The notes beneath the pieces were generated by a model. It was not told the origin of the DNA. It ran no database searches and saw only the letters and a program-made list of their open reading frames with translations. Shown here piece after piece: positions 1-13,958 of a DNA stretch of 64,000 bases (its first letter is position 1; every line of letters starts with the position of its first letter). The DNA is from Eledone cirrhosa (taxonomy: Eukaryota): the NCBI GenBank assembly GCA_964016885.1, contig OZ024742.1:278628001-278692000 (forward strand), given 5' to 3'. The position numbers and the translations under genes are program-made.

Positions 1-34
<34 letters not shown>

Positions 35-1067
35 ACAGTAATAATAATTATACTAATATTAATAATATCAATAATTATAACAAAGTTACAGTATTAATAT
101 AACATAAGCTAGAAAGAGCAGAGTGAAATATAATCCCTAAGTAATCACAATCCTTGTTTTTTTCACAGGAAAAGTCCAGGTTTTCCATTTCGGCCAACTC
201 ATAAAAACCTCGTAAAATCTCGTATGATATAGAGAAATATCAACTATCTAGAAATGTATGTGTGCGTGTGGTGTATGTGTGTGTATGTTTGTGGGTTGGT
301 ATGTGTCAGTGTGCATGATGTATTGTGTTTATATGGTGAATGCTGTATACAGTTTCTAATATGTGTATGTTATTTATATACTTACATCACGTTACATCAC
401 GTATGTATTGATTTTATTTATGGTACATTTGTTTCTATTTAATACTTTTTAAAACTTTTTTTATTTTATTTTCTGTAACATTTCTGATCCCAGCTGGATG
501 TGTTTGTATTTGTTCTGTTGGCTCAGGGATTTCATATTTATTGGGAAACGTAAATTGTGCGAAGATTATTTATGTACGTGAGTATGGGACTAATATATAT
601 ATATACATGTATGTGTGTGATTAGCGTCATTGTGTCTATTTATTTTGTTTTGATTCGAATTTGTGTATCGTTTATTGTACATCATAAATATAAGTAAGCG
701 TGTTTAATAAAAAATCAAGTATCCGCCATATTTTCTGTGCACTGACTCTCACGCCTTCGCATTTTTATAATTATAACTTAATTCCTATATCCATACTAGA
801 TATATGATATTTGCACATAAACCATCACTTCCGAACTTTCATTAATTCATACTTTACTGTGGAATACAAGACTTAAAACTTCACACTTGCATAGGAAACA
901 TAGGTAAGTATTTATATAGATGATGTATGTATGTATGTATGTATGTATGTATGTATGTATGTATGTATGTATGTATGTATGTATGTATGTATGTATGTAT
1001 GTATGTATGTATGTATGTATGCATAGGGATAATGTGGTACAATAGAAGTGGAAGTAGAATATGAATA

Positions 1068-1114
<47 letters not shown>

Positions 1115-1117
<3 letters not shown>

Positions 1118-1250
1118 CTGGAAGCCGATGATTTCTCCCGAATGAAACATTAGTAGTCCTGTAGAAGCCTTTTCTATATTGAATATTTGTATTCTGCTTT
1201 GTATTGACCACCTTACTTACTGTGGTTACCTCCGTTTAAACCCGGGATAA

Positions 1251-1252
<2 letters not shown>
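1115..1252 (+). mobile_element. Short PLE-like 3' fragment (family E) with degenerate HHR, between (TA)n tracts
   Basis: CCGATGA-T-TTC-TCCC-GAA-T-GAAAC-ATTAGTA-GTC; homologous to the long arm of 17265-17449. Confidence 0.6.
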
Positions 1253-1294
<42 letters not shown>

Positions 1295-1331
1295 GTGTGT
1301 GTGTGTGTATGTTTGTGTGTGTGTGTATGTT

Positions 1332-1393
<62 letters not shown>

Positions 1394-1395
<2 letters not shown>

Positions 1396-1572
1396 CGAAG
1401 GAAATGTGGTAAGGAACCAGGTGGACCATAACGCACCAAAGTACTCAATACTTAGGGTAGTAGAGTGGGTAATAGGAACGAGTAGGAACCCGACGACTGA
1501 GCTCAAGCCGTTTCGACGGCTAATTCATTAGCCGTCGAAACGGCTTGAGCTCAGCCGTCGGGGTCCTACTCG

Positions 1573-1577
<5 letters not shown>
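1394..1577. mobile_element. Fold-back PLE-like 3' fragment (family D) in (TA)n
   Basis: Inverted arms centred at about 1525; arm carries the HHR 3' half GAAAC-GGCT-TGAGCTC-AGCC-GTC; left arm about 80 nt longer; relatives at 15683, 29406 and 59610. Confidence 0.75.
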
Positions 1578-1640
<63 letters not shown>

Positions 1641-1699
1641 TATATAAATATATTATACACTCACACACACATATATATATATATATATAAATTTATATC

Positions 1700-2620
1700 T
1701 GTATAAAGTTAAATGTCTCTCATAGGTAAAAATCTCAATGAAAGGATAAGCTATATTAATACACTATCCACTCAGGGAAGTATAAAAATATATTAAAGTA
1801 AAGCAAAAATTCCTTCTCGGTGGATATAAGCCAAATCGCCTAAAAGATGTCGGCTTTAACTCATATAATACTACGACCAAAGTTTCTGAAATTCAAGATA
1901 CAAAATCAGGAATTCTAAGACATTGGAAAAATCAATATTGGCATAATTAAATATCCTTCTTCCGGAGGTGAATTCTTCTTAGAAATAAGGGGACCGGTTG
2001 AAAATATATCATATATACCATTTCGTTGCTAGACCATATGGTGAATAAGGTTTAGTATCGCTGAATTACTGTATGTATTATATTCTAACTAAAGGAGCAA
2101 GTTGAATATATATCATACATACCAAGCTGTTAGTAGATCGCATGATGAAATAACGTGTTCCATCACTGAAATTACTGTTTGAATATTTCTTACTTAAAGT
2201 GTTGGTACAATTGACACCGGAAACAGCGATATAAGCCGATTTGATGAGAATTTGGCTGAAGTTTAATGTATTTTAATTCTTTTGTGAGTGGATAATTTAT
2301 TTATATATCATATCCTTTTATTGAGATGCTTATGTATCAGAGGCAGTTAACATTATAGAGTTATAAATTAATATTGACTGTTCCACCATTGTTGAGCAGA
2401 TATAGACGGTTTTGTTAACTGTTCCTTCACTATTCGGCGAAGAAACTTAAATTCTTCCAATATTGGATATTCCAATATCTTGGAATTCCTGATGTTGAAT
2501 CTTGTGATCCAGAAATGATAGTGGAGGTATTATATAAGTTAAAGCCGACTTTATTTAGTCAATATAGGTTATATACCCCACCAAAATGAGATTTTGGCTT
2601 AAGTTTAATATATTATATTA
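1700..2620. mobile_element. Old diverged fold-back PLE-like insertion
   Basis: About 1785-1972 and 2426-2615 are diverged inverted repeats; both arms keep a decayed CTGAT..-stem II-GAAA..(GTC) motif facing outward. Confidence 0.55.
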
Positions 2621-2858
2621 CCGGGAAACCTCACCCACATACTTATGTATCTGTGTGTGTATCTCGTTACTATGTTGTCCCAACTTCCTTATGGTTGTGT
2701 TAAACAGCCGGGTGCTGAGAGTTTTTTCTAGCAAATTTGGTACTCACTAAATGTCCGGCTTTTGCTTCTGTGACCGGTGTATAATGTGATATTTTTTACC
2801 CCACCCCGAGAATTATTCATATGGAACGGTTCAGTCAAGAAATAATCCACTATTATGA

Positions 2859-2954
2859 GGGGTCTCTTGATAAGCCTTCAGTCTCACAGCAATGGTGCAC
2901 CTTTATGTTGCATGCTTGCTGCAATTCAGTTGGTGAAACTTTAGTCGAGACTCT
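2859..2954 (+). ncRNA. Type I hammerhead ribozyme, U3-A8 core variant, long stem II
   Basis: GGGGTCTC/GAGACTCT stem I; TTGATAA core at 2867; stem II GCC..CAGCAA..TTGCTG..GGT (61 nt); GAAAC-TTTA-GTC. Confidence 0.75.
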
Positions 2955-2975
2955 GAAGAAAGAAAGGTATACATT

Positions 2976-3025
<50 letters not shown>

Positions 3026-3412
3026 GTACTCGATGAAATGTCACATTTGTAGGGCAATTTCTAGGTTAGATCTTTTAGGACGATCATTACATAGATACAA
3101 CTTTCATAGGACTAAAATAATTGACACTACAAAGTAAACTATAGCATCAACAAACCTAACTACATTACCATACATTTAAAACACTTAAATATAGTAATAT
3201 TACCGATATTTCTGTGGGTCAAAACACACAGACCTGCTTAAATCTTATAATTTCATGATTGTAGCATCTCAGTTCATAAATATACCTTAAGTCACAAATG
3301 CTGATCTGCTGGCTTTAATTGGCAGGACAAATCTTTACACACACACACTATATATATATGAACACAGACACACACACATATATATGTATACATAAATACA
3401 TACATATATATT

Positions 3413-3456
<44 letters not shown>

Positions 3457-3463
<7 letters not shown>

Positions 3464-3900
3464 CAAAATATTAACAAATGAAGATATTCACAAAATCAAA
3501 ATATATGCTTTATTATATATATTTTTCGAAGGTACTGTAATGTTTTTTTCCAGTACATCCTCGTCAGATGAAATATATGATTTGATATATGACATACCTC
3601 TACTGTCTTGATATTTCAATTCCAACTGGAATTGAAATATCAAGACAGTAGAGGTATGTCATATATCAAATCATATTTAATCTGACGAGGACGTACTGTA
3701 AAAAAAAACATTACAGTACCTTCGAAAAATATATATAATAAAGCATATATTTTGATTTTCTGAATATCTTCATTTGTTAATATTTTGAATAATATGATAA
3801 CTCCCGGAATATATCCTTGTTGAGTGCTTTTAATCTATTGTAAAACTGTTTTAATCCATTGCAAAACATTGAGTAATCAATGAACAATATTAATCTTTGG

Positions 3901-3903
<3 letters not shown>
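3457..3903. mobile_element. Fold-back PLE-like 3' fragment with HHR-like motif in both arms
   Basis: Near-perfect 168-bp arms around a 2-nt centre (3625-3626); CTGACGA(3682)..GTACTGTAA/TTACAGTAC..GAAA(3724); right arm about 108 nt longer; (TA)n on both sides. Confidence 0.8.
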
Positions 3904-3952
<49 letters not shown>

Positions 3953-4207
3953 TTGTGTGTGTGTGTGTAATGAAACACAACCAGTGTAATCCGAAGATTT
4001 AATCCGATCAGTTACACATAAACAGATCATCATGTCAGCATTGTAAAACTTAAAAGTAAATAGAGCAAGATAGGTTAATGTAATACGCTTGAGGTTCAAT
4101 GTAGTCAGCCAATCACAACAGCTCGTCATTTTCTGTATGTTTCCTGCAAGAAAACTACTAACAATATTACGTTATTTTCTCACATTAAGCATATATATAT
4201 ATATATG

Positions 4208-5005
4208 CAGCGGCGGACTGGCCAGGTTGCCAGCTTTCCCAATGGCAATGGGCCCCAGGGGGCAAACAGTAGCATTGCAAGAGCCCACAGTAGCATTGCA
4301 AGAGCCCACTGTAGTATTTTAGGGGCCAATGCTCTGCTTTTAAAAAAATACCTGAATTCTAAGAGAAAGAATAAAATAAAAAAAAAATTAAATTAAACAA
4401 TTAAGCAAAGCATTTGGTGAACCAATTCCCCAAGGAATTCCTAGAAATCAAAATATACGATAGTACATTCTACTAAATGTAAAGCTTAGTGTATTCATTC
4501 ATGCATGCAAACATACATATAGAGACACAGACACAAATCATAGTAGATTCAAATATCACAGAGAGAGAGAGAGAGAGAGAGACGGGAGGTGGGGGTGGGG
4601 GGTGGGAACAGGAATGAAACATGGATTACAGGTTAAAATGTAGTCTAGATATATGAGAAACAAATCGAGGATTTAGAAGTCGACCTTAAGTAGGATCAAT
4701 AATATCAAGAAAGACATGAACGACACCACAACACTTTGTTTTGAAAATTTTTAAAATCGGTTTATAAGTATGAATTTTCATGAGCATTTAGTAGTTGTCG
4801 CTGTGGCATAGCGGTAGGTAAAAGAGACGATGGAGATCCGGACCTTGGGTTCAATCCTGGTTAAGAACTACATGTAACATTTTTAGAATTTTTATTTTAC
4901 AAACAATAGTAAAAAACTGAAAAGGTTTACAGGAAACCCTACTCCCGACCAGGATCGAACTTCAGACCAGGATCAACAACCAATATTTTTAGACCCAGTC
5001 CACTG
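4208..5005. mobile_element. hAT-like non-autonomous element (MITE)
   Basis: Ends CAGCGGCGGACTGG / CCAGTCCACTG (imperfect TIR); 8-bp direct repeat TATATATG at 4200-4207 and 5006-5013. Confidence 0.6.
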
Positions 5006-5035
5006 TATATATGTATATATATATATATATATATC

Positions 5036-5090
<55 letters not shown>

Positions 5091-5310
5091 GAGAGAGAGA
5101 GCAATAGAGTATGTGTGTGAGTGTGTAAAAATAAACAAGGCAAACGACACAGTAGAATGAGGATATATTAGTTTGATGCTTGAAATGATAGAAAAAGACT
5201 CTTAAACTGTAGGACACTAGTCCTTCATTGGATGTTAGAATGAGAAATAAAAGTTGAAATAGAAAGATAAAGAATCTAAAGAGGAAAAAATAACGTGCGT
5301 CACTCAATCA

Positions 5311-5460
5311 GTCGGACGCCATGCTTTGCAGCTAAGAATTACGGCCGTTTATGGTCCGAGTTCAAATCCCGCCGAGGCTAACTTTGCCTTTCATCCTTAC
5401 GGTGTCGATAAAATAAAGTACCAGTAATACATATTGTCTTTGTGCCAAAAGTAGAAACAA
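5311..5460 (+). mobile_element. 5'-truncated tRNA-derived Nin/Deu-domain SINE (octopus OR-like)
   Basis: GAGTTCAAATCC B-box followed by CTTTGCCTTTCATCCTTACGGTGTCGATAAAATAAAGTACCAG. Confidence 0.8.
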
Positions 5461-5696
5461 ATATATATATATAAGAGAGTATTGAAGTTTGCTTGAAGCA
5501 TTGTGGAATAATAAATAAATATCTTTAAGTCGTTTGGAAGCCTCGACAATGCAAATGGGTAATTCTCCGGGTAACAAGATCCGGTGGTGGAGAGAGAGAT
5601 GTAAGTGGGTGTACGTTGAGATGCGTGGTGTGTAAAGATGTGTAAATGTGTAGAAGAAAGAAGGGAAGAGTATAAAGGATAAAATATATATATATA

Positions 5697-7676
5697 ATAT
5701 AATATAATAACAGGAGGCTGGACTTGTGTAAATTCTTGAAAGGTTTATTATACTATTATCATTTCAATGACCGGTTCCGTATGAATCCGGTGATATCATC
5801 AGGTATTCGAAATATAATAGATAAAAGGGCCTTTGTAATTCACACTGAATTCGGAAGCTTGAACACACACTGATTCCATCTCTTCCATCCTCTATATCTA
5901 TATGCATTATCTAACTGCAACTTGATCTATATTGTATTTCCCCTGTGTTTTGATTTCTCCGATATGTTCTTATATACTTCCGTTTTACTCCACCACCACC
6001 CTAGCTATGACGGCGTTTTATTTATTTTTTAATGTATTTTTTCATTTATTTATTTATTTATTTATATATTTCTACCTTTTTACTTTATTAATGTGTTTTT
6101 ATCTTCGTATTCTGCTTTTATTTATCTATGTATTCTTGGTTTTTTGCCTACTGTTCCATTTATTTAATGTTTTTACTCGCTTTACTCTCATTAAGTACTT
6201 ATCATTTTACTCATTAGCAGACGACACTAGAATATCTCCCCCTGAGAACCACAATACTTATAACCCGGACTATCTGGGGACCTAGATATAGTCTACTTGC
6301 GTTTTTCATCGGGTTTTATACTTGATTACACGCGATGATCCGACTGGTGTGGTGGTTTTCCTGGCTGCGCGCCCGGCGCCCTGGTGCATAAGCCTCCCTT
6401 GAGTGCTTGGAAAAATAAATTTCCCATTCTTTCGGTAAATGAAATTACTCGGAGCATATTGCTTCGCCCCGGGGCCCGCCGCGCCGCCGTTTTTTACCGC
6501 CATATAGTACCTTTAAATTATAGGCCTAATCATAACTATTAGCTGTATCATGCCTCCCTCTACCTAAACAAATCCCCCTCCTGTGTAAATTAATAGTACT
6601 CATTTGGTATAATGATGGCCTAACGACAATGGCTGACTTCCCACTAGCACACCCGAAGCCTAGAACAGTTACATTCCTCGAGTGCTCGGAAAAATTGATA
6701 TCCATATCTCTCGCTAGACGGTTTCACTCGGAATGGCTGACACGTGGTTAGAATGGGCAGGCCGGAGTCTGCAGTCGTCGCGTGCTGTTTGACTGCTAAA
6801 CAAAGACTTAATCTTTACTCTATATCCCACTCTGAAAACTTATCGAGGATCTCTATAATACACCTAACATTTTTTCATAAAAGACTCTCTCTGTAAATTC
6901 TTTACCGAAATCTCGCAACCCAAACCATACTTTTTTTAAACTGTTTAATTTTTAATTTTCAAATTTTTTAAATTTTATAATTTTAATCTTTAATTTAATT
7001 ATTTTTAATTTCATCCTATAAATCTAAACAAAAATTTAACGTTCCAATTTTCTGTTCACACATTATACCATGCAGACGCCCACTATATATACCTCTGTTA
7101 TAATATATACCTCTGTTATACTATATACCTCTGTTATAATAGGTTCTTTAGAATAAAATTTTTTGCGGCAATTCCTAGCCTGATTGTAGCATGACATTAA
7201 CGCTGACTTTTCTTCTTTCTTTCTGTCTTTTTTTCTCTTTGACCGGGAGGTTAGTAGCACATTATAAGCTTTCGCCCCCTCACCAGATAGCCTTAAGTAG
7301 ACCGAATGGCCAGCACTTGAGGGCGACCGGCTAAAGTGGAAGATGCTAGATGGTCGGTCGTCCTCGCGTCTATGATTTTCAGCCCCATGGATTTTATCTG
7401 TTACATTCATTTATTATATTTCGAATACCTGATGATATCACCGGATTCATACGGATCCCGGTCATTGAAATGATCATAGTATAATAAACCTTTCAAGGAT
7501 TTACACAAGTCCAGCCTCCTGTTATTTTATTATAATATTTAACTCCGTACTCGCACCACCAACTACACAAACGAAGACGGTTGAGATGCTTTACGTTGAG
7601 CACTCTCCATATTATTTCATCAAGATTGACCATACGGAATGACCAGCTCTATCCAGTGGTGAACCTTCAAACCTAA

Positions 7677-7680
<4 letters not shown>
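5697..7680 (+). mobile_element. Non-coding PLE-like element with inverted HHR-bearing 5' copy of its 3' end
   Basis: 5697-5819 is the reverse complement of about 7412-7540; right end extends about 140 nt further to (TA)n; no RT ORF inside. Confidence 0.7.
7425..7482 (+). ncRNA. Type I minimal hammerhead (second copy on - strand at about 5750-5806)
   Basis: ATAC/GTAT stem I; CTGATGA; CCGG..CCGG stem II; GAAA-TGATCA-TA palindromic stem III. Confidence 0.75.
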
Positions 7681-7707
<27 letters not shown>

Positions 7708-8232
7708 GTAAATTATAGCTTCGTTAAACTTAATTTATATAATCTTCCACGTGCCAGACCTGCTTTTAATCGTAAGTTAAACACTATTCTTTTAATACTT
7801 TAGTTCGAAATGTACGTATTTTGCATACGATTTTTGTAAACATACGATTTTTTGTAAATTCATCGAGTGTGTAGATAGCGGCTGGTATAGAGAAATTGTA
7901 AACGGTTAGCTTCGTTAAACTTAATTTATATAATCTCTCAGACTTGCCATTAATCGTAAGTCGCACACTATGTTTTATATTTTAGTTTAATGTCTACGTA
8001 TTTTGTATCTCTGAATTTGTTATTCACATAACTAACCAGATTGGGGGCTTAGGTGCTTATTTCAATTTTACCGCTAAAATTGTTTTTCCTCGTAACGGCT
8101 TATTTCATCTACTCACTCTTTATAGGATCACGTGATTCGTCAACAGCATGAAACTGCTAGCAGTATCGCTGTGATATATCAACTCAACCCTACAGTCTCT
8201 TGGATAAAAATATCCAGTTTGGATTAGGATTG

Positions 8233-8360
8233 AGTTCCCGCTGATGATATGATACGTCGGTCCTAAATATTTGGTAATATTGCATTGCTTCAGTGAGTAA
8301 AACTTGCTTATGTAGCCATTGTACACAAGGCGTGGCGTTGAAACTGTACAGTTAGGATCT
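8233..8360 (+). ncRNA. Hammerhead-like motif with 92-nt branched stem II (partly decayed)
   Basis: CTGATGA(8241)-T-ATGATACGTC..GGCGTGGCGT-T-GAAA(8340)-CTGTACAG-TT; stem I weak and position 17 is U. Confidence 0.55.
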
Positions 8361-8802
8361 ATTAATTGTAATCACTCTCAGTCGTTTATCTACTAATTAG
8401 AGTATAGTCTCCACCTTGTGTTACAGATTCGTATTTACAACAAACGATTTTTGTAAATTCATCGCGTGTGTAGAGAGCGGCCGTGCTAGAGGGATTGAAA
8501 TAAGATAGCTTCATTAAACGTAATTAATATATCTGTATATTGAATACACACGTGCTTCTCAAAAATCCTTTGTATTTCATCTTTTATTTCTCATTCTATC
8601 TCCTGATGAAGGACTAGTGTCTGAAACGAAAATATATTTTTCTACTACATCAAGGGTTTAACCATATATTTTTTTATTGTACTCTATTGTTTTTCTTTCA
8701 GTTTACGTTTTACATACATACATATTTATAAGTTTTGTCTAACAGCCAAGAGAAGTAAACAAATATATAATCCTTTTATGAAGCGTAACGATATGTAAAT
8801 CT

Positions 8803-8929
<127 letters not shown>

Positions 8930-9456
8930 TAGAGGAGAGAACGGGAAGAGAGAGAGACAGAGAGAGAAAGTGCCTGGAATTCGAGAGATGTCCGCGCTGT
9001 AAAAAGCACCACGCCGTAGTCTAATGTGTAAAATCAATAAAAGAATAAAGATATGAAGGCACTGTGATTTTGGAAACAATTTTCCGATAAAAGAAGTTTA
9101 GAAACCAAAAGTATTGAATTGTCTCAATTTTTCATAATGAATTGTTTGACATTGTTGCCAGGCTTTTGGTCGGTAGTATTCGCGATTAACTCTGTGGTGG
9201 AATAAACAAGAATTCTAAGTATATTAATGACATTGGAAAATAAACAGCATAAAGTAAAACGAAATAAATTGAAATAAAATAAAAAATAAAATAAAATAAA
9301 AATTCATAACAAACAAAGTCAATAGGAAATAGATTTCATATTATACATATATATTTTTTTATCATCAGTTAATCTCCCTTCGTATATATCCACATTAAAA
9401 ATTTACTCCTCTTTTAGACGTCGTATTCGTTATCAGTTTGAGCGCGGTCGTATATA

Positions 9457-9508
<52 letters not shown>

Positions 9509-9661
9509 CATATATATATATACTTATATATATATACATATATATATATATAAATATAAATATATATATATGCATATATATATGTATACATATATATATA
9601 TATATATATGCATATATGTATATATGCATATGTATATGTATATGCATATATATACACAAAC

Positions 9662-9793
<132 letters not shown>

Positions 9794-10504
9794 GAAGGAG
9801 GCACATCTACAAATTTAGAGATAGAAGAATATATACATGTTTGCATGAAAGTTTATATACGCGACTGTGTGTGTGTGTATGAGTGTGTACACATAAACAC
9901 AAATATATATACGCACACAGATACGGAAACCTATACTCACATATAGGCACACAAACAGAAAACGTGCACGCTACCATCTTCCCATACTGGAACACATACC
10001 CTCTAATATATATTAAAATTGTATATTTAATCTAAGCTGATAAGATATGTATATAAATATAAACACAAGTTTGTTTTGCCAATATTTACCATAATATAGT
10101 TTATTTTGGTGGATTAGAATTAAAGCCCGGTTTCAAATTGTCATGGCAATTTATATAAATGTTGTTTCTGTTATTGTTAATAAAGGTTAGCAGCGTATCA
10201 GTCCCACATCATCCCCATATCACCCCCAGACCATCCCCATGTTAGCCTCAGGTCAAATATAACTATGTTCGAAGGGTATCTAATCATGACAACTCTTATC
10301 CTTTTATAAACAATTTCACCATCCATTATCAGATGCCACAATTGTGATTTTGGGCTAGGTTTGGCTGCTATATGCAATTTCTGTCGGGACTAATGTTCGG
10401 CAGATAGTATCAAACACACTATTTGTCCCCCCAAAATTACTCATGTATTCTATACACAAAATAATAAGAAATTGATATTAATAATTTTCTTCCAAAGATT
10501 TTTT

Positions 10505-11066
10505 CTACAATGGTGATACCGTATTTTCAGAAAAATACGGTAATTTCCTTAGTTCGATCCGATGACCAACTCGCTTCTTTTTCCGCTGCAATATAGCAGA
10601 TTGTAGTGGCTCGCACCCATACGGTACTGTCGTGGTATCTTTATAAAACTGTTGTCGTTGAGCAACTCGTTGGAGCGTCGGATATTCGTTGCGATATGTC
10701 TTCCCGCATTCTGTGCAGTGCATTCAAATCACCCCGAAGTTTACTCTGCATTTCCTCCATTCAAAATCTATGAAGATAGCCTAATGCTTTCCTCTCTCAC
10801 ACTTTCTCTATCTCTCTCCCTCTCCAATGCCCGTCACAAGCCTGGAGGCTCATCCGGACGTTGCATATCCCGGTTTCCATAGCGTTAAACCATTGAGAGT
10901 ATAAGACTTCCTTCTGGACAAGATTCCAGTCTATCTTAGGGCTAAACTTCCAGCTGTTGTTGGCACTAAGTTTTAGCTGAGTAAACTGGGGCAACGTGAA
11001 ATGAAGTACTTTAGTCAAGAACACAACATACATCCTAGTCCATGAATACACCCACAACATTATCAT
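10505..11066 (-). pseudogene. Possible decayed hAT (Buster/Charlie-like) transposase C-terminal remnant
   Basis: Translation EYPTLQRVAQR..TTTVPYGCE..SAILQRKKK..RI resembles the hAT dimerisation motif EYP.L..A..TTYLCE.GFS.L..IK.K.RNRL. Confidence 0.3.
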
Positions 11067-12434
11067 CGTAATTCCAACACCCTTACTACTAGTTCCCTAT
11101 GTAGTTATAATATATATATACATAGATGTTACTGGTTAAAACCAGGAAGACCATCATTCTGTAGAAATATAGTGTAGATATTATAAGGTTACTCGGCCCT
11201 ACGGTTAAGCTTCTATTGAAACGATAGAAGCTTAACCAACAGTTCCGCACATACTCCTTATACTGTATACATATTAGTATGTTTGTTTGTCCGTATGTAT
11301 GTGTATCTACACGTGCATCTGTGTGTATGTGCACATACGTCTGTGTCTCTGTACATAGTGACTAGACTTATAAATCTATACTCCAAAGTGTTTTATTCAA
11401 CCAGCATTATGAAGACACTTGTACTAAAAAATGATTGAAAAGTTATTTTTTCTTAATACCACCGACTATAAAATAAACTTATCCATTAGAATATGTACAT
11501 CACTACTGAAAGCCTGTATTGAGTTCTTGTATAGATTGTGTGTGCTTGAATGAACGTAAGAGATTATACACATACAAGACATATATGTATGTTTCTGTCT
11601 GCCTTTGTTGTATTTTGTGCATTATATATCAATTCCCTGTCTTTCATAAATATATTAGAATTATGTTTAGTGTTTGTGATATACTAACTTTCACTCGTAT
11701 ATACACACATATACGTACATACATAAATATATGGAGATAAACTACACACACACCTATTTTATTCTATCATTCTGCTGTTCTTCGTTGGTAATTGGGTAAC
11801 ATATTTTATTAATTTCTGAAAGATGAAACGCAAAACGTTGAACTAACTTCGGTGGTATTTGAACTTGGAATGCAGAGATTTGAAACAAATGTTTCAGTGC
11901 GTTTTGTACTACCGAATCGGCCAAAACACCAATGTGTGGTAATCTTTCTCTTCCTATACTGTTTTCCATTTTTTCTTAGTTTCTAAGTTTCTTAGCAATA
12001 TGAGAAATAAAAGTAAACAACACTCTGTATCACACTGAATCAAAATGGCGCACAGCAGTATTTTACAGTCTTTCTTAATGGCGACCAACGTCAGTTCTGT
12101 TTTAATTTCGTTTCCTTTATGCGCCTTTCCAAGTACTTTATCATCATCGGAAGAAGTCTAAATGGTACGTTGGGTAAAATAGACCACTTTTTTATGGTTT
12201 CTTATGGTGACCAACATCAATTGTATTTTAATTTTGTTTGTTTTATTCATACCGTTTCCAAGTATCTCAGCGGTATGGAAAAAAAAAAAACACAACTATA
12301 ACAAAATACTCCATCATCAGAAGTAAACTTAATACCGTGTTGGGTATAGTACAGTAACATTTTACTGTCTACATATGTTGCCCAATAGCATTACTCTTGC
12401 TTCTATTACATCCAGTCTATTCTATTCTAATATA

Positions 12435-12515
<81 letters not shown>

Positions 12516-12749
12516 GGTGTGTGTGTATGTGTGTGTGTGTGTTTCTGTGTGTGTGAGCATGTCTACGTGTATGTTCATGCATATATATATATATGGGGTT
12601 AGGGATACACTCGCGCACGCGAGTGTGATCGATAAAGCAATAAGAAATAAAATATTGGTTAAACCTGCAACAACGCAATTTTGATTTTTTTTTTTTTTGC
12701 TAGAATTAAAATCTCATTCCACCCCACAAAATAAAAAAAAATTGTTATC

Positions 12750-12799
<50 letters not shown>

Positions 12800-13169
12800 C
12801 GGTGATGATGATGATTATGAGGAAAAGAATACATTTAAACTAAAGCAGCAAAAATAGCCCCAAGGTGGTGTATGGTGTGTATGGTGTATGTGTGTGTGAT
12901 GTATAGTGTGTGTCGTATGATTGAGTGAGAGAAAGATGGGTTAAACGTAAAGAAAAAAAATATTTTTTTTCCTTGAAGATAATAGAAATTTAAAGCCAAA
13001 AGTAAATAGATAAATAGACTACCAGAAAGTTCCATTGGAGGTAAAGAAAGGAAGTTAATCAAAAATACATGAATCCAGTCGATTTATTTATTCATACATG
13101 TTCTTTGTTTAATCTAGGCAATATAAAAAAATATATATATATTTTTTTTTTATAGATAGAAAAGATTAA

Positions 13170-13540
13170 AGAGGAACAATAACAACAACAGCAATAACAA
13201 CGACAGAAATGACAACAGAAGCAACAACAATAACAATAGAAACAACAATAACACCTCCATCAAAACAACAGCAACATCAGCAACAGCTGGAACGGTAATA
13301 ACAACAACAGCAACAACAACAACAACAATAATAGTAACAAAAACAACAATAACACCGCCAACAAAACAACAGCATCAGCAAAATCAGCAACAGTAACAAT
13401 AACAACAAAGGCAACAACAACAATAACAATAATAGTAACAAAAACAACAATAAAGACAACAATAACAACTCCAACAAAACAACAACATCAGCAACAGCAG
13501 AAAGAGTAACAACAATAACGCCACCACCACCACCACTATC

Positions 13541-13582
<42 letters not shown>

Positions 13583-13598
13583 AGTAATAATAATAATA
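13170..13598. repeat. Degenerate (CAA/TAA/CAG)n trinucleotide tract
   Basis: Direct reading. Confidence 0.9.
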
Positions 13599-13599
13599 A

Positions 13600-13694
13600 T
13601 TGTTTCTACTTTTGGCACAAGGCCAGCTATTACCCCAGTGTATTACTGGGACTTTATGTTATCGACCCTGTGATGAAAGGCAAAGTTGACCTTT
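13600..13694 (-). mobile_element. Nin/Deu-domain SINE fragment
   Basis: Reverse complement of the SINE core (GATGAAAGGCAAAGTTGACC). Confidence 0.75.
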
Positions 13695-13723
13695 GTTATT
13701 GTTATTATTAATTTCGTTATTAA

Positions 13724-13945
13724 GGGCAGTGGGCTGGCAGTGTCGGTAAAGGGTCGAGCGCCATGATTTGCAGCAAAGAGTTATGGCCCTTTATGGTCTG
13801 AGTTCAAATTCTGCCGAAGTTAACTTTGCCTTTCATCATTACGGGGTCGATAAAATAAAGTACCAGTCACGCACTGGGGGCGATTTAATCGACTTTCTCC
13901 TCCCCCAAAATTGCTGGCCTTGTGCCTATATAAGAAACCATTATT
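13724..13945 (+). mobile_element. Full-length tRNA-derived Nin/Deu-domain SINE
   Basis: A-box-like TGGCAGTGTCGG, B-box GAGTTCAAATTC, Nin core, 3' TTGCTGGCCTTGTGCC..AGAAAC-(ATT)n. Confidence 0.85.
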
Positions 13946-13958
13946 AATTCGTTATTAA

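Noticed and set aside
4795-4880. tRNA-like sequence (also about 24030-24100 on - and the SINE heads)
   Set aside because: A/B-box-like motifs without a complete cloverleaf; SINE-derived or pseudo-tRNA
7063-7410. 115-aa ORF on the - strand
   Set aside because: No recognisable domain; part of it derives from a short tandem repeat
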